Shown here: positions 50,196-61,439 of the stretch, piece by piece
Position numbering within the stretch: the first letter of the stretch is position 1
Layout of the letters: each line of letters starts with the position of its first letter
Source: Camelus ferus
Taxonomy: Eukaryota
Assembly: GCF_009834535.1 (NCBI RefSeq)
Contig: NC_045697.1
Span: 72,046,001 to 72,110,000, forward strand
DNA: 64,000 bases
Reading direction: 5' to 3'
Made by a program: the position numbers and the translations under genes
The notes under the pieces: model-generated
The model's input: the letters and a program-made list of their open reading frames with translations, nothing else
Database searches by the model: none
Told to the model about the DNA's origin: nothing

Positions 50196-51854
50196 TTTGT
50201 CGCAGCTGGAGTGATTGTGTGCATTAAAGCAAAGGTCCTCAGAGGGCAGGGTCTCCTGCGTCGGATTTGGAAGCGATAGGGTGGAGACGGGATACAATGG
50301 AGGCTGCCAATTTAAATTGAAAAGGCATTGGGACAATATTATGACATAATTTTGTTCTTGAAAGTGAAACAAACCTGGTGTCACAGGGTATTCTTAGCTG
50401 GTGGGAATAAGCAAAGTTATTGCAATTTTCAAAGGACAGGAAAAGGGGTGCAGGGAAAGCATGGATTTTTATGGAAAGATATATGACAACAGTGTAGTTG
50501 GGAAACCGTTTTCATGATCAATTTGTTTCACACATTGTATTTGTGGAGGATTTGGCATGGTGCCAAGTACAGAGTGACAAAAACTCAGGAACTATTAATT
50601 TCTTCTTCTTCATTCTTACTACCCCAGGAGATTTGCCCCAGGGCTACTGTTCCCTCACCAACCCCTAGGAGTTCTTTTTTTGCTTCTCATGCTTTTCCCA
50701 TAGGAAACGCATTACAAATATAATAGCCATGAATGTCTGGGAAACAGAAGCAAGCAAACCTGGCAGACAAATAGTCAGGACTGAAGTGGTTCTGAGCAAG
50801 GTTTCAGGCCAAAAATAAATCTACAGAATAATTGCATTTATAATAATCAATACATTTGATTATTCCGATTGCCACAGCCCCAGATCAATGTCCAGTTTTA
50901 AAGGCTTCCCTTCTTATCATTAATTGGTCTCTTAATCTATGCCTCTATACAGAAAGACATTAACCATGTGTATCATTGCTTTCATTTTGAACAGAGTAAC
51001 TTAGAAAAGAAATTCTTTCTTAACTTGAAACAGTGACCTGTGTTTATCCTGTTGAGATGTGCTCTTAAGACTTGAGAATATGTAAATTAAAAGCCCTACT
51101 ATTCTTTTTTTCTATGAAATTCTACCTTATCATCCATGTGTAACATTGTTATTATTAGAAACAGGCACTAAAACTTTAAGGACTAAAATTTCTTCTGGGG
51201 TAATCTCTCCCCTTCTCTGCAACTTGTGAATTCTTCATCTGGAGTGAACTAAAAATGAACAAGTGAATCATGCATGGTTTAGAATGACTCAAAATTCTCA
51301 AGAATAGACATGTTAATTTTTATATATTATTTCCCAGAAAAAAAATGTGCAAGTTTATGACCCAAACTGCTTTCTAAAAATCCACCAAATTCTACTTATA
51401 CTAAGATTTCAAAAGGGAACTTCAGAGCTAAAAGACGTACATAGAGATAATGTTATCAATGTTTTCACGCAACAGATGAGAAAAATTTTAATTTAATCAA
51501 GAATATTTCTATTTAAGAATGTTATTTTTAAATTTTCATGACTATATCTATATATATACACATATACATGAAATTTAAAGTATTTGGTTTTGAAGCCTTT
51601 CTTCTTTTTAGGAAAAAAGGCCTTATTGCTAATTATGTAAACTATGAATTGCATGCAGCCATATGTTCCATTACTTGAAATGGCTGTTTCGTGAGATCCT
51701 ATCTGGCTCAGCCTGGCATACATCTAACTGTAGCAAGCTTAAAAAGAGTCAATACCAAACTCTATAATACAGTTTTTGTGGCAACATGAAGAGCAAGCAA
51801 AACCCTCCAATGTCACTTATCAGAAATTAGAATACCAAGTCCAGATATTAGAAT

Positions 51855-53962
51855 ATTCAGTATTAGAAATATCAACGGTGCTTTTCACAAAACTCGGACA
51901 AATAATTCTAAAATCTGTATGGAAACGCAAAAGACCCTGAATAGCCAAAACAACCTTGAGAAAGAAGAACAAAGCTGTAGGTATCACGCTCCTCGATTTC
52001 AAACTATATTGCAAGCTACAGTCATCAAAAAAGTTTGGTACTGGCACAAAAACAGACACATGAATCAACAGAACAGAACAGAGGCCCCAGAAATGAGCCT
52101 ACACTTACACGGACAATTACTCTATGACAAAGGAGGCAAGACTATACAGTGAGGAAAAGATAGCCTCTTCAATGAATGGTATTGGGAAAACTGGACAGCT
52201 ACATACAAGAGGATCAAACTGGACTACTTTCTCACATATACAAAAATAAACTAAAATGGATTAAAGACTTAAATGTAAGACAGGAAACCATAAATCCGCT
52301 ATTGGAAAACATTAGCAGTATGCTCTTTGACAGCAGTCTTAGCAATATTTTTTTGGATATGTATCCTCAGGCAATGGAAACAAAAACAAAATTAAACAAA
52401 TGAGACTACATCAAACTAAAAAGCTTTAGCACAGTGAAAGAAACCATCAACAAAATGAAAAGGCAGCCTGCTGAACGGGAGAAGATATTTGCAAATGACA
52501 TATCTGATAAGGGGTTAGTTTCCAGAATATACAAAGAACTCATACAACTCAACATCAAACAAACAGTCGGATTAAAAAATGAGCACAAAACCTGAACAGA
52601 CATTTTTTCCAAGAAGACACGGATGGCCAACAGACACATGAAAAAGTACTCAATGTCAGTAATCATCAGAGAAATGCAAATCAAAACTACAGAGAAAAAT
52701 CACTTCACACCTGTTAGAATGGTTATTATCAAAAAGACAAGAAATAGTAAGTGTTGGCAAGGATGTGGAAAAAGGGAACCCTTGTGCAATGTTGATGGAA
52801 ATGTAAATTGGTGCAGCCACCATGGAAAACAGTTTGGAGTGTCCTCAAAAAATTAAAAATAGAACTACTGTACAATCTAGCAATTACACTTCTGGGTGTT
52901 TATCCAAAGAAAACAAAAACACTAATTAGAAAAGATACATGCCTCCCTATGTTCATTGCAGTATTATTTACAATAGCCAAGATATAGAAACAAAGTGCCC
53001 ATTGTTAGATGAATGGTTAAAGAAGAAAGAAGATGTAAGATCATGTCTATGTATGTATGTGTATATAGACATGTGTGTGTATACATAACTCATATATATA
53101 CATAACTCAGCCATAAAAAAGAATGAAATCTTGCCTTTGCAACAACATGGATGGGCCTGGAGGGTATTATGCAAAGTGAAGTAAGTCAGACAGAGAAACA
53201 CAAACACTGTATGATTTCACATACATGTGGAATCTAAAAAGCAAAACAAATAAATAAACATAACAAAAAAAAACAGTCACAGATACAGAGAACAAACATG
53301 TGGTTGCCAAAGGGGAGGGGTGTCAGAGGATGAGTGATACAGGGGAGGGAGATTAACAGGTACAAACTTCCAGTTACAAAATAAGTGAGTCACGGATATA
53401 AAATGTACAATGTGGGGAATACAGTCAATAATAATTACCTTTTTATGGTGACAGATGATAACTAGACTTACCGTGATGATCATTTTGTGATGTGCAGAAA
53501 CAGCAAATCACTATGTTGTGTGCAAGGAATTAACATAGTCTTGTAGGTCAATTATGCTTTGAAAACAAACCAGCAAACAAACAAACTCATAGAAAGAGGT
53601 CAGATTTGTGGTTACCAGGGGTGGGGGTGGGGGGAGGGGTAAGTGGATGAAGGCAGTCAAAGGGTGCAAACTTCCAGTTATCAGACAAATGAGCACTAGG
53701 GATGTACAACATGACAAATATAATTAACACAGCTGTATGGCATATATGAAAGGTGTTAAGAGAGAAAATCCTAAGAGTTCTCATCACAAGGAAAAGAGTT
53801 TTTTTCTTTTATTCTGTATCTTTATGAGAGGGTGGATCTTCACTAAACTTATTGTGGTCATTATTTCATGATGTATGTAAGTCAAATCATTATGTTGTAC
53901 ACTTTCAACTTATACAGTGCTGTATGTCAATTATATCTCAGTAAAACTGGAAGGAAAAAAAG
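51855..53962 (+). mobile_element. 5'-truncated L1 (Laurasiatherian L1MA-like): ORF2 C-terminus plus composite 3' UTR
   Basis: ORF track pieces ATVIKKVWYWHKNRH, KWIKDLNVR and REMQIKTT...[15 protein letters not shown] are L1 ORF2. The 3' UTR contains two related gtggtt.cca...caaacttccagtta blocks. Confidence 0.95.
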
Positions 53963-56056
53963 GAAATTAGAGGGAGAAAAGTACTTTGATGTTTTGTAGG
54001 TCACCAGAAGGAAATGAAAGAGAGAATTTTTCAGGACTTTAGGAAGCAGCTTCAATTTGCCTAATATGCTTCTCTCCAACTTTCGATTAATATACCCATA
54101 AATACAATTGATTTTGTTAATAAACTCGAAATTGTTCTATAAATTCAGAAGCTCTTGTGCCATATTGGTGACATTTTCATTAAAGATGGTGTCAAGGGAG
54201 AGAGTTGCACTATATAGAAAATTCTCCCACCTTCTGAACCAAAACCAGACAAACAGACCTGAAGGGGATGGGGACATACTTCAACTCACTTTCCATTTCA
54301 TACTTCAGTTGACCTTACCACTCTTCAAAATGTAGTCTCAGAACAGTGTACTTTCCCCAAATCCATAGACATAGAGTTGTCTGACCCACTCCACCACAGG
54401 GCAGACCACAAGTGAGGGAGTGGGCCCAAAAGTGGGATACAGAAATATATATATTTAAGACAGAATGTATTTGTACATTTTTTAAGATGTAATTTCTGTA
54501 AAAGAGCAACTAGCATTTTCAAATTATCAGTTTGCTTTCCTCTTTCTCTTTTGAGATATAGGACATTCACCCCAAGATTTCCTTAAGTTACAATTTTCCT
54601 GTATTACAAAAAAACAAAAAAAAAAAAAGCAAAAAGAGAGACTTGGAGTAATATCAACAGTTTCATCCCAACAGAATTTTGTGGTAAGACAATAAATAGC
54701 CTTGTAAGTCAGTTAGATTTTACATTGTAAAAAGCAAAGTTCTGAGCCCTGAGAAAAAGGAGGAGAGAGAAAGGCCAAAGGAACAAGATTATATTATAAA
54801 TAATGTTGTAATATGGCTACTAAATTGAATGCAAAAGCAAAAAAAAAAAAAACCCTGGAAATTGAAATTGGCATATTTCTAAAAATAAATATTAAACTAG
54901 CGCTATGAGTCCCAGTTACATGAACAAAGACTAAACTTGGGGTTGGGGGGCTGGAGTTGAAGAAGTGAAGTTCTGCTTTCCCAAGCTCCTTTGACCACAT
55001 CACACAAGTGTTAATAGGAAGTGTAAGGAGTTGACATTTTGGTCATAAACTCAAATGTATCAGAAATACAAGCTCGTTTATTTTTCTGCCAATCAACTTA
55101 ATATCTATTTCAAGTTCCCATTCCACCTGGAGCCAGGTTGTTTCTGGAGCATCAAGGTGAGAGGCAGGGCACCTGCCCTTCAGTGTCAGCCATCCACATG
55201 GGCACCAGCTGAGACGTCCATCATCCAGTCTGGTCCTCAGGGCTTAACCATCATCAGTCCAAACAAGGTGGCACTGAGATGTCACACCACCCTGAGGCTA
55301 GGGCACTCTGCTCACTTTCTATAATCCCTGTCATTCTGGACTCCCGAGTCTGTCTTTCCTTTTCTAGAATGGTGCCGTTTCCAGAGCTGCTTTTAAGGCA
55401 AGACACAAGAGCCCTATTCAGGACCGAGTGACGATGTCTCCTCCGCTTGTCCTCAACTCTCTAACTTGAGAAATATTTTTCTATCCTCTGAGTGGAGTAG
55501 GAGAAAATATCTTACCACCAGTGTGGCAGTATTTTTCCTACACCTCAGTATTCCCCTAAAGACTCTAAGCTTTTCAAAGGCATATTACGTAACTGTAAGA
55601 AATTATTATTCCTTTCTACTCTGCCACACCCCTTTCCTGAGGCAGGAGTGCAGACTGGCCTAGAAGTTTGAATGTTGCCCCAGTGAAGGGGAATGAAAGG
55701 AAGTATGGGTCAGGTGGAAGAACTGTCTCTAAAGCAATAACCCCTTAATACCGACATGTTCGTGTTTTGTTAACTTCAGATTCTTTTTTTATCCCATAGC
55801 TGTTGGAAAAGATTTTTAATTGCTGTATGGGCCTTTGTATCTCTTTATCTTTTAAAAATTAATGTCTAGGATGGCCACATTTTAGAGACTTCCTTAGAAG
55901 TTACGTTTTGAGGAATAAAGTGAGGAGTTTTTTGTAGCTAGTATACTATTTTTAAAAGATGTACAGGCCATCTCATTTCCAAAGATTATGCACTGTTAAT
56001 CTATTATTAATTATATTGTTCAAATTCTCTGAAATGTTATTATTCTTTTCCTGCGT

Positions 56057-56470
56057 TGTTAAGAATCTTTTCCTTGCAAGTAACAGAAACCCAATTTAAA
56101 CTAACATAATTCATTCAAAGACCTGGTGAGCTAATATAACTGGGATTTCTAAAGTATAAACTTCTCCAGCAAAGGCTGAGTCTAGGGGTGGAAATATTGG
56201 GGCTGGTAGCATCTTTCTTACCCCTTAGATTTGGTTGACGGTTTCACTCCTCAGGCAGGCTCTGTGGGGCAACAAGACAGCTACTGGGAATCCAGGCTAA
56301 CGGGTCCTTGCCTGCTTAATCACAGGAATAGACACTCTCCCAGCACCTTATCCAGACAAGATGAAGAACTCTGATACAGTCCAGGTAAGTCGCCCGTCTA
56401 GGCACAAGCCTTGGGACACTATGATTGGTCAGTTTAGATCGCGCGCCATCTCAGCGGGGATGTCACAGCG
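56057..56470 (-). mobile_element. MLT1J/K-like MaLR LTR
   Basis: ttgcaagtaacagaaacccaatttaaacta...ctcaggcaggctct...caagacagctactgg...tgattggtcag. Confidence 0.65.
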
Positions 56471-56780
56471 GCCGATCTGAGTCAAAAACCGCTTTGAGAG
56501 TAATTTACTAAGGACACGCTTCAGGAGAAAACAGTCAGAGAGTGGGGGGAGCGGAATGAGAAGGGGAGGAAGCCTACAGTCCCCAAAGCCTGAGAACGGA
56601 GCTCTGGAAGTAAGTTACACCTCCAGGATTGCGCGCCTCCAGCGAAGGAGCCGCAGTGTGGGGAGATGGGGAGGCTGTAAAACGTCCAGGCCCTTTCCGC
56701 TCTCCGTGTGGACAAGGCAGGTTCGGTGCCCGAGGGCCCTTCTCTGAAGGGCTCAAGTACGAAGCCTTAGCGACTAAGCA
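56390..56780. promoter_or_regulatory. CpG-retaining patch, possible promoter or enhancer
   Basis: About 23 CpGs in ~390 bp, an inverted CCAAT (attgg), GCGCGCC x2, TGAGTCA and GGAAGT. Confidence 0.4.
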
Positions 56781-56999
56781 CACAAAAGCTGGGGGAGGAC
56801 TCACAGAATGGATAATAAGGGATCCAAAGGAATGTGAGTGAGACATCAAGCATCCGATAAATGTGCCCAGTCCTGTGAAAGCCAAGAGGCAACCTCGTGA
56901 CCGACACCCCCAAAAACGGTCTGACCAGTGCAGGGAGGGGCGCTTCCCAAAGGAAATCATGTGGGGCAGACAACATAAGTGACCACTCTGTCTTACAAA

Positions 57000-59400
57000 G
57001 CCCGAGATAACATCAAATTTTCCTGCAACTGTACATTTCTGTACCTTTCTTTTTCTCCTAACAACGTTTGACTCCGTATGTTCATGCTATTTTAGTCAGT
57101 GCATAAAGGGTTATGATTCTTATAACTTGGTTGTGCAGTGCAGTGCACATGATAAAACTGACTTTCTTTTTAACCTTTTCATATTTGGACCCTTGATAGC
57201 TACATTGTCTAAAATTATTAACTCCATCTCTTTTTTCAACTCACCTTAGAAGTCTTTGTCCATCCTCTTACTAAAATTCGTGTTTGGTTTTAAAAGTACC
57301 CCTTGAGAGCAATATAGAGATACCATTCTGAACCTCCTTATTTGGCAAAACTTTACTTTAATTGGAGAATATAACCTATTTAAGTTTATTATCAGAACTG
57401 ATATGTGCCGTATATCATTTCATACTATCTTGGGTTGTGCCTTTTTTCTTTTTTTTAAGGCTTTTATGCCACTTCCTCTGTTTTCTGTTATTTGCTGTTT
57501 GGGCTGATTTTATCTTCTACAAATTTGGAAGATTTCAATCCTGTTGTAAGTTCTATTGATACTCAGTGTCTAAAAGTCCTTTTCTATTCTTTACTCACTT
57601 TCACACAAGATTTTTTTAATTAAACTTTTTTTTAACTTTCTCTGAGTTTATATTCTTCTAACTGACTCAGTTTTTATTCATATTATCTGGATATTTAGAC
57701 TCACATTGTTGATTTATTTTTATGTATAATCTTTACATTATTCTCTTTTAGGAACAATTTCTGACACTTGCATTCATTTTTTAAATGACCAAACATGCAG
57801 CGATTATTTAATCTTAGTGGGATAGTTCATTTTATGTGTAAACTTGACTGGATAACAGGGTGCCCCCATATTTGATTAAACATTATTCTGGGTGGGTCTG
57901 GGAGGGTGTTTCTGGATAAAATTAACATTTGACTCAGCAGACTGAGTAAAGCAGGGTGTCCTCACCAATGCAGATAAGCTTCATCCAATCCACTGAAGGC
58001 CTGAACAGAGGGAAATGTTGAGTATGGGAAAATTTGCTCTCTTTGCCTGTCTTCAAGCTGGGACATCAGTCTTCTGCCCAGGACTGGAACTGGGACTTAC
58101 ATCATCAGCCCTCCTGTTTCCCAGGCCTTCAAACTCAGACTGGAACTGTACCATTGGCTTTCTTGGGTCTCCAGCTTGCTGACTACAGGTCTTGGGACTT
58201 CTCAGCCTTCATAATTGCATGAGCCAACTCCTCATTTTTATATACACATAAACATATAAACATATATATAAATTTGGATAGGGTCATTAAATAAATATAT
58301 GTAATCTCTTGTTAGAGCTCCCCCTTCCACTCTGGAGAATCCTAATATACCTAGTTTTATGTTTGAATCATTTCAGTGCACACTGTTAAGTCTTTTTATA
58401 GCATAACAACACTTTTAAATTTTTATTAAATTCGCAGTGATCTGAAATGTGTCTTAAAGTAATTTTTTTAACAAGAAGGATGTGGATAGTGTGCTTTCTA
58501 AGCCATCATATATTTTTAAGTGTCCTTGTGCTGCCTTTGCAGATAAACAAAAACTTGAGTAGATGGAGAATTCTTGGGGCACAATTTTATCCTTTAAAAA
58601 TTCTGTAGAAAAGATTCTATTGTAAGCTGGTATTTACTACTGTAAAAGAAAATTCTCAAGTCTACCAATTTTGGTTTTATAGGTGACATGTTTTATTTCA
58701 AAGCGATTATATTAAAATGTTTAAAATTATTTCTCTTTGTCCTTAAAACTGAAATTTTTACCAGGATATGCTTCTCTCTCTGCTAATTTTCTTTGCAACA
58801 TGGTAAGTGTTTTAAACCGACATAGCCTTAGGGTGTCTTTTTTCTGCTCGGAAAACTGTTGATTGTTTGGTTTTTGCCAATTTTTAATCTTTGACTTTTG
58901 CTTCTGATTTCTTACTCTGAAAACCTATCATTTTAAATGTGGGTCATTGATCTCTATCCTTTATACCTACTGTCTTCTCTTCTATATTTTTTTTCTTCCT
59001 TTACATTCTGGAAAAACTTTTTCAAGCAATTCTGCCACATCACTGATTCAATTTTCTGTTAAATCAAGTCTGCCTTTAATGACTGCATTGTTGGTTTTAA
59101 TTCTATTGGGTTTTTCATTTTCTTGACAATTTCCTCATCTCAAGCAGTTGATTTCACGTCCAGCATGCTTCTCTGGCACATCCCATGCTGCTATCTCTTT
59201 AGGCTAATCTGCATTCCCTTCTTTAGTTTTATGTTATTTCCTGGCATTTTAATTTCTCTATCAAAATTTTTTCCAAAACGTTCTCCTGGTTCTAGTGTTC
59301 TAGTAGCAAATCACTTAGAAAATATTAGCTCTTTCTAAATCTTCAGAGGAAAAAATTGGCTTCTTGTCTCGTCTTCATTTTCTTCCTAACAGCACACATT
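57000..59400 (-). mobile_element. HAL1/old L1 ORF1-like sequence, interrupted by MLT2
   Basis: T-rich stretch with aattcttggggcacaattttatcc...tgaaatttttaccaggatatg...ctcggaaaact, resembling HAL1. Confidence 0.55.
57818..58350 (+). mobile_element. MLT2 (ERVL) solo LTR
   Basis: ttttatgtgtaaacttgactgg...attaaacattattctgggtg...agactgagtaaagcag...ttgggacttctcagccttcataattgcatgagccaa...tctggagaatcct. Confidence 0.9.
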
Positions 59401-60374
59401 AATGCTTTTTTCTTCTCCATCTCTAATTTCATTGAATAAGGAAAATGTGTTTCCCCAGTCATTGTAAATGCCAACTGTCGGAGTCCTACTTGTCCATAAT
59501 CCCACCTTTGTCTCTTCTTTGGGGTTAATAGCATTCCTTTCTGGGAGGCAGCCTGATATGCAAATGTACTGTCTTAATTTTCTAATTTTATTGGCTTGAG
59601 TTGAGTCCTTCAGACCAAGACTACCAATTTCATTGACCCTCTAGTCCCACAAAAATATACAAAATCCACAGCCCAGTGCTCTCCCAATATCCACCCTAGC
59701 TACACTCATTTTTTTAAGGACTACATTTCTCTGTATATAATGAGCCACTATTGTCCTCACTACCCATCTGCCCAAACCGATCACCAGAAAACTATATATC
59801 CTGTCTTGTTGTTTCTAAATGGATACATAAACGTTGCAGTTTCAAATTTGATATATAAAGACAGATGCTAGTGGAACAGGAAGGAGGTTGGGGTCAGGGT
59901 AGAACAATCCTCTGAATGCCTCCAAAGAAATGCCTGGGTTATGGTGGGACAGTCCTCCCCACTTTTATCCATTGGTAAAGAACTTAAATTTTTTTTTTCT
60001 GAGAGTGGAGTAGATGGTAGGTTTTTCCAACTACTTTCAAGGTAGTAAGTTTATTCCATTTCAAGAGGAAAAAGAATTTTAAAACAAACAAAACAAAACT
60101 ACCCACTTGGCCATGAATTGAGAGCATGACTATGTTGTGATTATTCTTTGAATAACCTAAAAAAAGCTGTCAGGTTTAGGTTTCATTGGTATGAGTGTTC
60201 ATCCTTTTTCTGTGTCTTCATAAATGTTTTTGTGAGGAATTCAGAGAATTATTAAAACTGTTGGTCAGATGTCATTTAAATTTAAAACTCTAGTTCAATA
60301 TTTAAAGTACTACTGAAAATGAATATTTAATTTCTTTTTCTTCTTATCATTCTTGTTCTTATTGTTGAAGAGCA

Positions 60375-60620
60375 AAAATAACAGCTACCACTTATTGAAT
60401 GTTTATTATCAGACAGGCACTATGGCGGGCACTTTAATTAAGCTTTTTCTAATTCTCATGACACCATAATATAATTACTACCAACTACCTTTCTTTTTGT
60501 AAAGAAATTGAAGTTCAGTGAGCTTAAGTAACTTGCCCAAATCATACTGTTAACACGTTGCAGCACAAAGGTTCATAATCAGATAATTTTGACTCCAAGT
60601 TCCATACTCTTTCCTACATC
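60375..60620 (-). mobile_element. MIR SINE
   Basis: aataacagctaccacttattgaatg...caggcactatg...agaaattgaagttcagtgagcttaagtaacttgcccaa. Confidence 0.85.
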
Positions 60621-61164
60621 ATGACGCCTTGTCTAGCGAAGGATCCTACAGTTATATGAATATAGCCACCACCACAACAAATGGACCTTTTCCTGCATGT
60701 AAATTTTAGTGCAACAAGCATTTTCAGATGGCCCACACAAATTGCCAACAAATCTCACTAGTAATATATACAAGAAAGCAATTGATAGTACAACCAATTC
60801 AGGTAAATCAACACAAAGTTTTTGATCTGGTATTAATGGACTCATAGAGAAATGCTTGATCTAAGTCTGTGATGCTGGTTCTGATGGTAGAGATAGTATT
60901 TCTTCAGTGCATCACGTCATTAAATGAGTTATTTCCTGTATTCAACTTCCTTCCTTCAGCAGTATTTAAGCTTGTTGATAAAAAGATGCTAACTGTAGGA
61001 GTACAGCTTACTACTCACATCCTTTCCATTAAAGCCCAAATTTAAAGTTATTGGCAACAAATTATTAAATTATCCCTATAAAATGATAAAGTAGGTTAAT
61101 CTGTAAAATAACTGATATTTTTAAAGCAGCTTTTTAACTCTTTACTGCTTCTTTGTTATTAGGG

Positions 61165-61198
61165 GTTTTTTTTGTTTGTTTGTTTGTTTGTTTGTTTT
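61165..61198. repeat. (TTTG)n microsatellite
   Basis: Direct inspection. Confidence 0.9.
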
Positions 61199-61439
61199 AA
61201 AATCAAAACTCTAAAGAATCTCTAGAGTATTGTTGTAAAACTTTGAATTCCAACTTCAAATATGTCATGAATGCTTTATAAGAGGGAGACTAGAAATAAA
61301 TATTCCACTTAAGATGAGTACAAACATATGTTGTTCTGGATCCCAGTTGTTTACAGTGTGGTAGCTCTTTAGAGATAAAGGGATCTTAACTGGTTAAAGC
61401 TTCTCATTTTACCCATGACAAAACTGTAATCCAAAGGAG

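Noticed and set aside
51919..52856. ORFs with protein-like sequence
   Set aside because: Frameshifted L1 ORF2 fragments, not host genes.
53270..53960. Doubled 3' UTR block as a novel tandem L1 insertion
   Set aside because: Composite 3' UTRs are a known property of this class of L1 subfamilies, and no internal TSD was seen.
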